Shown piece by piece: positions 1 through 9,021 of a DNA stretch of 32,000 nucleotides. Below the pieces are notes generated by a model. The model did not search any database. It was not told the DNA's origin and saw only the letters and a list, made by a program, of their open reading frames with translations. The stretch is from positions 60,001-92,000 of the forward strand of contig NC_013771.1 of the NCBI RefSeq assembly GCF_000025125.1, given 5' to 3'. The stretch is from Candidatus Atelocyanobacterium thalassa isolate ALOHA. GTDB lineage: Bacteria > Cyanobacteriota > Cyanobacteriia > Cyanobacteriales > Microcystaceae. The first letter of the stretch is position 1; every line of letters starts with the position of its first letter. Both the position numbers and the translations under genes were made by a program.

Positions 1-46
1 ATATTTTTCAAGGAATTTTTGCTTTACATATGATTGATTACCTAAT

Positions 47-616
47 TTAATAAGCATCTTGTAATTCATAAAAATTTGGAGAAATGTAATCTTTGCGTAA
101 AGGCCAGCCAACCCAATCTTCTGGCATTAAAATTCTTTTCAAATCAGGATGGTTATCATACACAATTCCATACATATCGTAGTTTTCCCTTTCTTGCCAA
201 TCAGCAGCTTTCCAAATCCAATATACTGAAGGTACATGAGGATTATCCCTTGTTAAAAATACTTTGAGACGCATCTCTTGAGGACTATCGATATTGTCTG
301 CAACTTTAACTAAGTGATAAAAACTAACTAGTTCTTTACCGGGACCTAAATCATAGGCTCCTTGGCACTGCAAATAATTGAATCCGTAGGCATATAAGGC
401 AGTTGACAAAGGAATTAAAAACTTTGGAGATATGCCAATTATTTCTATTCCTAAATGATCCACTCCTAAAATATTATGTTCGAAACCATTTTTCGTTAAC
501 CAATTAGAAATTGGTCCTGGTTGCAAAGCTGTTGATTCTTGTTCGTCTTTAGAGACTTTTCCTGTTGTTTTTTTTTCTTCTTCAGTCACTTTACACGTCC
601 TCCAGTTGCTTTTCAA
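47..616 (-). CDS. ndhJ: NAD(P)H-quinone oxidoreductase (NDH-1) subunit J
   Basis: The 189-aa ORF has the hallmark NdhJ C-terminus ...[16 protein letters not shown]...[22 protein letters not shown]...[26 protein letters not shown]. It is last in an ndhC-K-J arrangement. The ATG at 616 overlaps ndhK by 26 nt. A GTG at 589..587, 8 nt downstream of GGAGGA (603..598) and 1 nt after the ndhK stop, is the more likely start (about 180 aa). Confidence 0.95.
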   Translation of the reverse strand: MKSNWRTCKVTEEEKKTTGKVSKDEQESTALQPGPISNWLTKNGFEHNILGVDHLGIEIIGISPKFLIPLSTALYAYGFNYLQCQGAYDLGPGKELVSFYHLVKVADNIDSPQEMRLKVFLTRDNPHVPSVYWIWKAADWQERENYDMYGIVYDNHPDLKRILMPEDWVGWPLRKDYISPNFYELQDAY

Positions 617-1334
617 TAGCTAAAGTAGGTAATTTTTCAGCTCCGAATATTTCGCTTAACTCTTTAGGAGGAGTATGTCTAGTTTCAGTAGCTAAGTATT
701 TACCGGTTAATATTGGGGAAACTACTTTCATGTTATGTGGAGCACTGTAATAACGATGAGTTTGCTCCATAATAGTCGCTCTTTCTTGAATTGTTTCATT
801 AGAGACTTTCTTCCGCAATTTAATAACAGCATCAAAAATCGCTTCAGGTCGGGGAGGACAACCAGGAATATATACATCTACAGGAATTAATTTATCTACT
901 CCACGTACAGTAGTTGTAGAATCACGGCTAAACATTCCTCCGGTAATTGTGCAGGCACCCATTGCAATTACATATTTAGGAGAAGGCATTTCCTCGTAAA
1001 GACGCACTAAAGCAGGAGCCATTTTCATAGTTACAGTTCCTGCAACTAGAAGCAAATCTGCTTGCCTTGGACTGCATCGAGGAACTAAACCAAAGCGATC
1101 AAAATCAAAACGTGAACCAATTAAAGCAGCAAATTCAATGAAGCAACAAGCTGTGCCGTATAACAATGGCCATAGGCTAGATAAACGAGCCCAGTTGTGC
1201 AAGTCATCAACGGTAGTCAAAATTATATTTTCTGATAAATCCTGGGTAATATTACCAGGAGATATAGGATTAAGAACTTTTTCTTTTTGCGACTGTTCTA
1301 TAGTTGATAGATCTGGTGTTAAATTTTGATTCAT
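591..1334 (-). CDS. ndhK: NAD(P)H-quinone oxidoreductase (NDH-1) subunit K (NuoB-like, Fe-S)
   Basis: The 247-aa ORF has the NuoB/NdhK motifs [36 protein letters not shown] and PGCPPRPEA. Confidence 0.97.
   Translation of the reverse strand: MNQNLTPDLSTIEQSQKEKVLNPISPGNITQDLSENIILTTVDDLHNWARLSSLWPLLYGTACCFIEFAALIGSRFDFDRFGLVPRCSPRQADLLLVAGTVTMKMAPALVRLYEEMPSPKYVIAMGACTITGGMFSRDSTTTVRGVDKLIPVDVYIPGCPPRPEAIFDAVIKLRKKVSNETIQERATIMEQTHRYYSAPHNMKVVSPILTGKYLATETRHTPPKELSEIFGAEKLPTLAIEKQLEDV
598..603 (-). promoter_or_regulatory. Shine-Dalgarno-like GGAGGA in the last codons of ndhK, 8 nt upstream of the GTG at 589
   Basis: The minus strand reads caactGGAGGAcgtgtaaaGTGactgaa. The ndhK stop TAA (593..591) lies between the SD and the GTG. 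Confidence 0.5.
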
Positions 1335-1387
1335 AAGAATTCAGTTATGGTCAATGTACAATAATCGTTGGAAGATATTTTAAGGCC

Positions 1388-1750
1388 TTAAGACCATTCT
1401 AGTGCACCTTTTCTCCAAGCATAAACTAATGCAATAACAAGAATAGCTATAAATATAAGGGCTTCAACAAAAGCTAATAGGCCTAAACTATTGAAAGCTA
1501 CTGCCCAAGGATATAAAAAGACTGTTTCCACATCAAATACAACAAACACTAAGGCAAACATATAATAGCGAATATTGAATTGTATCCAAGCGCCTCCAAT
1601 AGGCTCCATCCCAGATTCATAAGTAGTTAGCGTTTCAGGGCCACCATTACTGGGACGCAAAATCTTCGATGCAGTTAAAGCTAAAACAGGAATTAGATTA
1701 CAGGCTATAAGAAAGCCGAGTAAATATTCGTAACCGCTGAGGACAAACAC
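1388..1750 (-). CDS. ndhC: NAD(P)H-quinone oxidoreductase (NDH-1) subunit 3 (NuoA-like)
   Basis: The 120-aa, three-helix membrane protein contains YESGMEPIG...[13 protein letters not shown], typical of NdhC/NuoA. It is first in the ndhCKJ cluster. Confidence 0.95.
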   Translation of the reverse strand: MFVLSGYEYLLGFLIACNLIPVLALTASKILRPSNGGPETLTTYESGMEPIGGAWIQFNIRYYMFALVFVVFDVETVFLYPWAVAFNSLGLLAFVEALIFIAILVIALVYAWRKGALEWS

Positions 1751-1943
1751 TATTTTCTATTAACTCCTCTAAAGATATGGTTTATATCATTTTGCTTACA
1801 CTTTCTATTAAACCGTAAACTATGCTCAAATAAACCTCTAAAAACAACTTTAATTTTAGATAAATTATTAACAAGTATTAATCTAATAATATATGTATAT
1901 ATTCTCAAATAAAAAGTTTCTAGATTTTATTGTTTAAAATTAT

Positions 1944-2446
1944 TTATTCTGATAACTTTTCTTTAAAACTTGACAAATTTTTCCAACAATCGTTAATTAA
2001 TGCTGAATCTTCTTTATCAATAATTTCCGGTATTTGACAATTATTACTACATAGTTTTCTCAAGGGCATAGACAATGAGAGTTGTTCATAAATCCAAACT
2101 TTAAGGTCAAAATATCCTTCTGAAGATAAAGTTTCAGAAAAATCTTCTGAAATTATTTTTTTTCTTTAGTAAATTTTTGATTAGCACTTAAATTTTTTCC
2201 CAATAATATATTTTCAGATACATCGAGAGTAATGCGATAGTTATATTGTTGGAGACAACGGTCACAGATTAAATTTACTATAGCCTCTCCTTTAATGATA
2301 ATTTCTAAAAATGTCCCTCCATGTCTAATGATGACTGTCCCACGTAAAGGGGTTAAAGTGACTAGTTCAACAATAAAATCATCTAATGTAATGGTTTGAG
2401 TTTTTTGAGGAAGTTGGAGCAAATGAGGAATATATATATTTTCCAT
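1944..2446 (-). CDS. DUF177 (YceD-like) family protein, reading frame interrupted at an A8 tract
   Basis: The N-terminal ORF 2153..2446 (MENIYIPHLLQLP...ICDRCLQQYNYRITLDV...) stops at TAA 2155..2153, right after an A8 run (T8 on + at 2156..2163). The expected DUF177 C-terminus (...SEDFSETLSSEGYFDLKVWIYEQLSLSMPLRKLCSNNCQIPE...) continues in another frame to TAA 1946..1944. One extra A would fuse the two parts into a protein of about 168 aa. Confidence 0.8.
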
Positions 2447-2500
2447 ATTCTTATCTTTTTACGAAAAATTATCTACTTATAAATTACTAAAGTTTAAAAC

Positions 2501-2530
2501 CATAGTCTAAAGAAATATCTTTAGACTATG
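2501..2530 (-). terminator. Perfect 12-bp stem / 6-nt loop hairpin that includes the birA stop codon
   Basis: catagtctaaag-aaatat-ctttagactatg. The birA TAG (2528..2526) lies inside the 3' arm. On the minus strand the hairpin is followed by GTTTTAAACTTT. Confidence 0.5.
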
Positions 2531-3250
2531 AGTTTATTTTTGTCATGATTTTTGGAACTTGTTGAAAAACTTCTAATTTTCCTTCACAGTTAACTCCACT
2601 AATAGTTCCTTCAAAGTCATTAATTATAACTTTACATCCAACACCATTTAATATCTCCATATAATTTTTTAGTAATATTTCCATTCCTGAAACTAGATAA
2701 TATTGGTAACCAGCAATTATTGCTTCAATAATAATTGCTGCAAGCTGCTCTATTGAATGTATTTGATGTTGGCATGATTTAATATTAATTCCATTATCTG
2801 GTACGGTATTAGACCAATTAATACCTATTCCAATAATTACTTGAGTAACCATGTCATTTTGAATTTTGATTTCACTTTTTATACCTCCTAACTTTTGATT
2901 GTTGACGACTAGATCATTAGGCCATTTTAATTTAACAGGAAGTTGATAACTTCTTAATTTATTAGCTATGCTCCAAGCGCTAAACAATGTGATATGAGAA
3001 GCATTTTTTGCGGCAATATCTAATTCAAAGCCTATAGACAGGTAAAGTCCGCCTACAGAAGAATACCATTCTCTCCCCCATTGTCCTCTCCCTTTTGTTT
3101 GTTCAGAAGCAATAATGACTAGAAATCCCCACTCTTTTTTTTTATTAAATCCCAAGCTACTGTATTGGTAGAAGAAACTTTGCTAAAAGCATATATAGGA
3201 TAAGATGGTTTTTTAAGATAGGATTTAATTTTTTGAACATTGGTTTTCAT
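2526..3250 (-). CDS. birA: Biotin--[acetyl-CoA-carboxylase] ligase, reading frame interrupted at an A9 tract
   Basis: The main ORF 2526..3155 carries the biotin-ligase motif QTKGRGQWGREWYSSVGGLYLS and KWPNDL, but has only a TTG start and lacks an N-terminus. ATG 3250 opens MKTNVQKIKSYLKKPSYPIYAFSKVSSTNTVAWDLIKKK, a BirA-type N-terminus, which runs into TAG 3121..3119. The two frames meet in an A9 run (T9 on + at 3135..3143). An A10 run would give a continuous protein of about 241 aa. Confidence 0.85.
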
Positions 3251-3560
3251 TTAATTATTTTAAAAAAGTATTATATTTCTTTTGGATTAGAGATTTACTT
3301 TATAAATTTCATATAAAGAAAAATTTAGTAGATTAAAAGTATGAAATTTATAATAAATAAAAGCCTATTGTATATCTATGCAGATAAAATTAAAGTTACA
3401 AAAGATATATATTTGGTCAAAATATTTTATGTACTTTAACTCAATCAAAATTAAACTAGCTATAAATAACTATTTTATTTATACACATTAATTTAATGTA
3501 TAGTCTTTTTGATTTACACTAGATACATGAATTATTATCAATAAATTTAGAAACTTTATT

Positions 3561-4418
3561 GTGTCTAACAAAAATCTATTACTTTCATTTTTTCTTACCT
3601 TAGGAATATCACAATTTAGCATTCCTACTAATGGACAAGTATTATTACCTTATACTCCACAGCTAAGTATGGAGCAACTCGAAGCGCAAGGCTTAAAAAT
3701 GGCTGAAGAAGCTTCTCAGTTAGTACGTTTTCAGCAGCATGATCATGCTTTGTCACGTGCAAAATTAGCTGTTCAATTGGCTCCACAAAAATATCAACCT
3801 TGGTTTATTTTAGGAGCATTATATGTAATGAAGCAAGACTTGGATCTAGGTATTGATGCTCTGAAAAAATCTTTAGATCTTGAACCTAAAGAGACAACAA
3901 TTAAATTTACTCTAGGTAATGCATATTTTCAACAAGGAAAATATCGACTTGCAGCTACTCAATTAGAAGAAGGATTAAAAATACAACCTAATACATCTTC
4001 TGCTCAGTTTGATTTAGGTAATACTTACTTTAAACTAAAACAAATAAAAAAATCTATAGCTGCTTATCAACAAGCAATTTATATACAAAAAGATTTTTGG
4101 CCAGCCATTAACAATGTTGGCTTAATTCAGTATGAGCAAGAAAATAAAAAAGAAGCAATTAAACAATGGAGAGAAGCATTAAAAATAAATTCTGAACAAG
4201 CAGAACCAAAATTTGCTTTAGGCGTTGCTCTATATTCTGAAGGAAATAAAAAACAAGGCATACAGTTGGGGGAAAATGCTCTTAAGCTAGATAACAATTA
4301 TAGTGACTTAAAATATTTACAAGAAAATCTTTGGGGAGAAAGGCTTCTTAGAGACACGAAAGTGTTTTTAAATGATCCAGAAATTAAGAATTTCATTAGT
4401 CAGTTTGCAAAAGATTAA
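3561..4418 (+). CDS. Secreted/periplasmic tetratricopeptide-repeat (TPR) protein
   Basis: The 285-aa ORF has a GTG start and an N-terminal hydrophobic signal-like segment (LLLSFFLTLGISQF). It contains repeated TPR-like units (LGNAYFQQGKY..A, LGNTYFKLKQ..AI..YQQAI). Confidence 0.7.
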   Translation: MSNKNLLLSFFLTLGISQFSIPTNGQVLLPYTPQLSMEQLEAQGLKMAEEASQLVRFQQHDHALSRAKLAVQLAPQKYQPWFILGALYVMKQDLDLGIDALKKSLDLEPKETTIKFTLGNAYFQQGKYRLAATQLEEGLKIQPNTSSAQFDLGNTYFKLKQIKKSIAAYQQAIYIQKDFWPAINNVGLIQYEQENKKEAIKQWREALKINSEQAEPKFALGVALYSEGNKKQGIQLGENALKLDNNYSDLKYLQENLWGERLLRDTKVFLNDPEIKNFISQFAKD

Positions 4419-4610
4419 AAAAAGCGATATTTAATGTATCTTGCAGTTTATGAAAAAAAATTCTATTCTTCTTAGTTTTATATAGTAGAAAGCTTTAACT
4501 GAGATTTATTGTCGAGTTTGTTAAATTATACTTTTAGCTAGGTTTCAATTAAAACGACATATAGCTTTAATTTAATACTTCGCATACTTTAGAGTACGCT
4601 TAATAGCTAA

Positions 4611-4647
4611 TTCATTGGGAGACCATAAAAAATAGTCTCCCAATGAA
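4611..4647. terminator. Perfect 13-bp stem hairpin between convergent genes (putative bidirectional terminator)
   Basis: ttcattgggagac-cataaaaaata-gtctcccaatgaa. It is the most GC-rich stem in this spacer, but there is no clear U-tract on either side. Confidence 0.4.
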
Positions 4648-4721
4648 TGAATAAGCATTATATTTATTTGCTCTTTATTTTTCAAATAGAAAAATAAAAT
4701 AAATTTGTTGATTTCTCTATC

Positions 4722-5159
4722 TTACGAAACATAGTCTCTCAACATTTTTTTCAACTCTATATTATGTACTTCTTCTTGCCCAATCATGCCTCTTGTAAAT
4801 TCTTCAATATAAACTGAGGCACCTTCAACTACTTCTAATAAATCTTTATAAAGATCTAATGCTTTCTTCTCATGGTTTAGACTTTCCACTAAAATATTGT
4901 GCAAAGTATGCTCATTACTTTCTTCCATCTGAGCAATTTTTAAGCTTGGATGTCCCTCTAAACCTGTTAAAATTTCTCCAACTTGTTGAGCATGTAATAA
5001 AGATTCAGTTGCTTGTTGTTGAAAAAATTGAACAATTGGGATGCGATGAGGACCTGTAACCATCAAAGAGTAATGTGTATAGCGTACAACACCAGCTAAT
5101 TCATATTCCATGATGGTGTTAAGAAGTTCATTCGTTTTGTCTCGATTAAGTGTTCTCAT
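4722..5159 (-). CDS. Ferritin-like (bacterioferritin/Dps superfamily) four-helix-bundle protein
   Basis: The 145-aa ORF shows the E..H pattern typical of di-iron ferritin-like proteins (MEYELAG...Y, ATESLLHAQQVGE, LNHEKKALDLY, GQEEVHNIELKKML). The sub-family cannot be assigned by eye. Confidence 0.7.
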   Translation of the reverse strand: MRTLNRDKTNELLNTIMEYELAGVVRYTHYSLMVTGPHRIPIVQFFQQQATESLLHAQQVGEILTGLEGHPSLKIAQMEESNEHTLHNILVESLNHEKKALDLYKDLLEVVEGASVYIEEFTRGMIGQEEVHNIELKKMLRDYVS

Positions 5160-5391
5160 ACTTCACCTTTTGAAGAATCTAACTTTTAATGGCAGCATTC
5201 TAACTTATTAGAAAGAGTTAGTAAAGTTATTTATACCGAACTTTACCATGAATAGAAATATCTGTAAAATAATTTTATTTTCTATCAAAAGATCTTTTGA
5301 TAGAAAAAATTAATAAAGAAAAATAATTTACTTAATGGATGTAAAGTATAATTGATTTGCTAATTAAGTATTTAAGTAGTGTGTATGGAAA

Positions 5392-5448
5392 TTATGAATA
5401 TTAGATTTAAATTTTATCTCTGATAAAATTTAAATCTAATATTCATAA
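5392..5448. repeat. Perfect inverted repeat, 26-bp arms with a 5-nt loop
   Basis: ttatgaatattagatttaaattttat-ctctg-ataaaatttaaatctaatattcataa. It ends 44 nt upstream of the tyrS ATG, in the divergent ferritin-like/tyrS spacer. Confidence 0.9.
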
Positions 5449-5491
5449 AAACAGCACTCTATTATCAAAATATATTGATTTTTATTTTCTA

Positions 5492-6721
5492 ATGTTTTCA
5501 AAAAATACTATGGATCATTTTCATTGGCTACATAGAGGGACTGCTGAAATATTTCCTAATCAAAATAATTCAAATAATTCTGAAGAAAATTTAGTAAATT
5601 TATTAAAAAATTCAGATCGTCCCTTAAGAGTCAAGTTAGGGATAGATCCGACTGGTAGTGACATTCACCTAGGGCATAGTATTCCTTTTCGAAAACTACG
5701 TGCTTTTCAAGATGCTGGCCATACAGCAGTAGTTATTATTGGAGATTTTACAGCGCAGATAGGAGATCCAACTGGTAAATCAGAAGTACGTAAACAACTC
5801 AACTCAAAACAAGTTGAAAAAAATGTGGAAAGTTACCTAGAACAGCTATCTTCAGTTTTAGATTTTAGTACCCCAGGGAGATTGGAAATAAGATATAACT
5901 CTGAATGGTTCAACAAATTAGACTTTCATAAAGTTCAAGAATTATTGTCTACAATGACCGTAAGTCAGATGCTAGCAAAAGAAGGATTTTCTGAACGATA
6001 TAAAAAAGAAAATCCAATCTTTCTTCACGAATTTCTCTACCCTCTTATGCAAGGATATGATTCAGTTGTTGTAAATGCTGATGTTGAATTAGGTGGGACA
6101 GATCAGAAGTTTAACATTGCTGTAGGTAGAGACTTGCAGAGACATTTTGGACAAAAACCTCAGTTTGGTTTATTACTTCCCATTCTGACTGGGACAGATG
6201 GTACTCAAAAAATGTCCAAATCTCTTGGAAACTATATTGGATTAAAAGAAGATGCATTATCAATGTATTCCAAAATAGAAAAAATTCCTGATACCTTAGT
6301 ACAGAACTATTTTGAATTATTAACTAATTTAGATCTTAATGAATTACCAAAAGATTCAAGAGAACTTCAAAAATTACTAGCTACAGAAATCACATCTCAT
6401 TACCATGGTGAAGAAAAAGCATTATCTGCAAAAAAAACTGCAGAAAATCTTGTAAAAAATAGAAATAGTTTACTAACAGATACTATTACTGAGTTTAATT
6501 TATCCAACGTAGTTTTTCCTGCTAAATTATTTTATATTTTAAGTGCTAGTAAATTATGTGTAAGCAGTGGAGAAGGCCGAAGACAAATACAAGGAGGAAG
6601 TGTAAGATTAGAAGGAGAAAAAATTCTTGATGTTAATCTTGTTTTCGATAATCCTGAGCAGCTTGATAATAAAGTTTTACAGGTAGGAAAAACAAAGTTT
6701 ACAAGATTAGTTTCGAGATAG
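5492..6721 (+). CDS. tyrS: Tyrosine--tRNA ligase
   Basis: The 409-aa ORF has the class I HIGH-type motif (DIHLGH), KMSKS (QKMSKSLGN) and a C-terminal S4-like domain ([18 protein letters not shown]). Confidence 0.97.
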   Translation: MFSKNTMDHFHWLHRGTAEIFPNQNNSNNSEENLVNLLKNSDRPLRVKLGIDPTGSDIHLGHSIPFRKLRAFQDAGHTAVVIIGDFTAQIGDPTGKSEVRKQLNSKQVEKNVESYLEQLSSVLDFSTPGRLEIRYNSEWFNKLDFHKVQELLSTMTVSQMLAKEGFSERYKKENPIFLHEFLYPLMQGYDSVVVNADVELGGTDQKFNIAVGRDLQRHFGQKPQFGLLLPILTGTDGTQKMSKSLGNYIGLKEDALSMYSKIEKIPDTLVQNYFELLTNLDLNELPKDSRELQKLLATEITSHYHGEEKALSAKKTAENLVKNRNSLLTDTITEFNLSNVVFPAKLFYILSASKLCVSSGEGRRQIQGGSVRLEGEKILDVNLVFDNPEQLDNKVLQVGKTKFTRLVSR

Positions 6722-7104
6722 TAATTAATTATAAAAAATTTATATTTTCTGTTAAAAACTATATTCAAGAGATTACTTCTAAAAAACTAATTTATAAATG
6801 TTGAAAATCTTTTTTAAAATTCATTAAGAATTTTTTATAGTTATTAATTAATTTGAGTTATGATTCTTCTGAGAATTAACTTTTTTATCTCTGTAATATT
6901 GATATTTCTTTTCTTAAGATTAACAATTAGCAAGTTTGTTCTGCAGTATTACTTTTCAAGTATTCAAAGCCAGATCATGAATAAAACTTTATAAATATAA
7001 TGTTTTCATATAATTAGTATTTCATCATTAGAGTATATGAATATATGAAATCAAAAAAATATTTCTAAGTCAACATTAATTAAACTATAAATTTACATCG
7101 CTTT

Positions 7105-7896
7105 ATGGGAAGTATTTGTAAGCCAAAAATTTTAGCCTTAGATTTTGATGGAGTAATTTGTGATGGAATACGAGAATATTTCGAAACTGCGAAAAAAGCT
7201 TATAGAGTAATATGGTCGCAAAATATAAACTATGATTGTGATCGTTTATTTGGATTATTCTCTCAATTCCGCCCCGTAATTGAGACTGGTTGGGAAATGC
7301 CTGTCCTCCTAAGAGCTGTAATTCTCGGGTATAAAGCTATGGATATTGAATCTAAATGGGGTTTAATCTGTACAGAAATTCTTAGTAAAGACAATCTTAA
7401 AAAAGAAGAATTAATATTGATTTTAGATAAAACTAGAGACTCTTCTATTAATTTTGATTTAGATCATTGGCTAAATTTGCATAGTTTTTATCCAGAAGTT
7501 ATCAGAGAATTGCCAAAACTATTAAATTCAACAATACACTTGTACATTGTCACAACCAAAGAGGGAAGATTTGTAAAACAACTATTAAAAAGTAAAGGGA
7601 TACAGTTTCCAGAAAATAAAATCATAGGAAAAGAAATTAAACAACCTAAATATAAGACCCTAAGTCAAATTCTCATACATCACGAAGAAAAACCTCAGAA
7701 CTTATGGTTTGTTGAAGATTTATTAAAAACTTTGATGAGTATTTACAAACAAGAAGAATTGAGAGGAGTTAAACTTTTTTTGGCAAATTGGGGTTATAAC
7801 ACGACTAGAACACATAGTTTAGCCAAGAAAAACGGCGTCTTTTTACTTTCTTTAAATCAATTTTCTAAAAATTTCTCAAACTGGATTAAATCTTAA
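7105..7896 (+). CDS. HAD-superfamily hydrolase-like protein (conserved cyanobacterial/plastid-lineage type)
   Basis: The 263-aa ORF has the N-terminal HAD motif I, LALDFDGVICDG, and a later VTTKEGRF (motif II-like). Substrate unknown. Confidence 0.7.
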   Translation: MGSICKPKILALDFDGVICDGIREYFETAKKAYRVIWSQNINYDCDRLFGLFSQFRPVIETGWEMPVLLRAVILGYKAMDIESKWGLICTEILSKDNLKKEELILILDKTRDSSINFDLDHWLNLHSFYPEVIRELPKLLNSTIHLYIVTTKEGRFVKQLLKSKGIQFPENKIIGKEIKQPKYKTLSQILIHHEEKPQNLWFVEDLLKTLMSIYKQEELRGVKLFLANWGYNTTRTHSLAKKNGVFLLSLNQFSKNFSNWIKS

Positions 7897-8226
7897 AACA
7901 TGCTACATGTGAACCAAAATTTAAGACCAGATTCTAATGTATTTACTGATAACAAACACTAAATTTTAAAAGCTTTTAAAATACAATCAAAATATTGACT
8001 AGTTAGTTTACAAATCCCTATTTTTTAAATTTGATTAACAAAAATATAAGATATTTTGAAAAATATTTGTTCATTGTTATTACGGATAAATATTCTTAAA
8101 CTAGAATAAATTATTAACATATAGATGTAGAGTAAATTAGTAAACGCAACATAGTCATCTATTTATAAGTTCATGATAGAAGCAACAAACAATTTTAGTA
8201 ATACCATCATCAAGTAATAGGAAAAA

Positions 8227-8910
8227 ATGATTTATAAACTTATAACTTTAATATTAGCTCTATTGATTTCAACACAAAGCATAACCAATACATTAGCTGG
8301 TGACAATATACCTAAAACTTCTTTCAATACTACTTCATATCATTTTAATGAAGAAACTTACAAAGATATAGTTACTAATTTATTAGCACCTATATCTACC
8401 TTTCATCCTCCTACAGATTTAGCGCTTTCTAATATTTCAAACAAACATAATCTTATTAAAGATAAAAAAAATAGAGATCTAAATCTTCCTACAGAAGTTC
8501 AAAGTAAATATCAACAAGCAATGATGGAATATGACAAAGGAAACATAAAGAGTATTCAACAGAAATGGAATGAAGCCCTAGAAAACTATAAGAGAGCAAT
8601 TCAAATATGTCCTAATCTTATATTTGCTAGAGTCAACATTCCACTAATTTATTATCAATTTGGTAACAACTTAGAAGCTATTAAAGAAATTAAATATTTA
8701 GTAAAAAAATATCCTATGTCTCCAGATGCAAGAGCTGCTTTGGTAGCTCTTCTATGGAGTATAGGACAAGAGGGAGAAGCTAAAAGTCACTGGGTATCTG
8801 TTGTCGGTATAGATGATCGATATAAAGATTTAGAATGGATTCAAAGCAAACGTTTTTGGCCACCTAAAATAATTATGTCTCTAGATAGTTTTCTTAATTC
8901 GAAGCAATAA
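8227..8910 (+). CDS. Signal-peptide-bearing TPR-like protein, function unknown
   Basis: The 227-aa ORF has an N-terminal hydrophobic leader (LITLILALLISTQS). The C-terminal half has TPR-like helices and a ...DDRYKDLEWIQSKRFWPPK... tail. Confidence 0.5.
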   Translation: MIYKLITLILALLISTQSITNTLAGDNIPKTSFNTTSYHFNEETYKDIVTNLLAPISTFHPPTDLALSNISNKHNLIKDKKNRDLNLPTEVQSKYQQAMMEYDKGNIKSIQQKWNEALENYKRAIQICPNLIFARVNIPLIYYQFGNNLEAIKEIKYLVKKYPMSPDARAALVALLWSIGQEGEAKSHWVSVVGIDDRYKDLEWIQSKRFWPPKIIMSLDSFLNSKQ

Positions 8911-9021
8911 AGAATTTGATAAGAAAATAAAAAATAAAGTTCGTATTAAGTTATTATTGACAATAGTAAGACTTAAATCATAAAAGCAATTTAGATACTT
9001 ACAAAAAGTGAAAAAAACATT

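Noticed and set aside
591-616. The 26-nt ndhK/ndhJ overlap as an unusual overlapping-gene arrangement
   Set aside because: It is more simply explained by a mis-called start. GTG 589, with a GGAGGA Shine-Dalgarno, removes the overlap and gives a normal-length NdhJ.
5160-5491. Possible T-box leader upstream of tyrS
   Set aside because: T-box riboswitches belong mainly to Firmicutes. The spacer has no specifier-loop/antiterminator architecture and no conserved T-box sequence, only the simple 26-bp palindrome.
7963-7982. Perfect 20-bp palindrome attttaaaagcttttaaaat (HindIII centre) downstream of the HAD-like gene
   Set aside because: Apart from the central GC it is made entirely of A/T runs, with no loop and no flanking U-tract. 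Such dyads are expected by chance in about 90% A+T spacers. It is at best a weak terminator.
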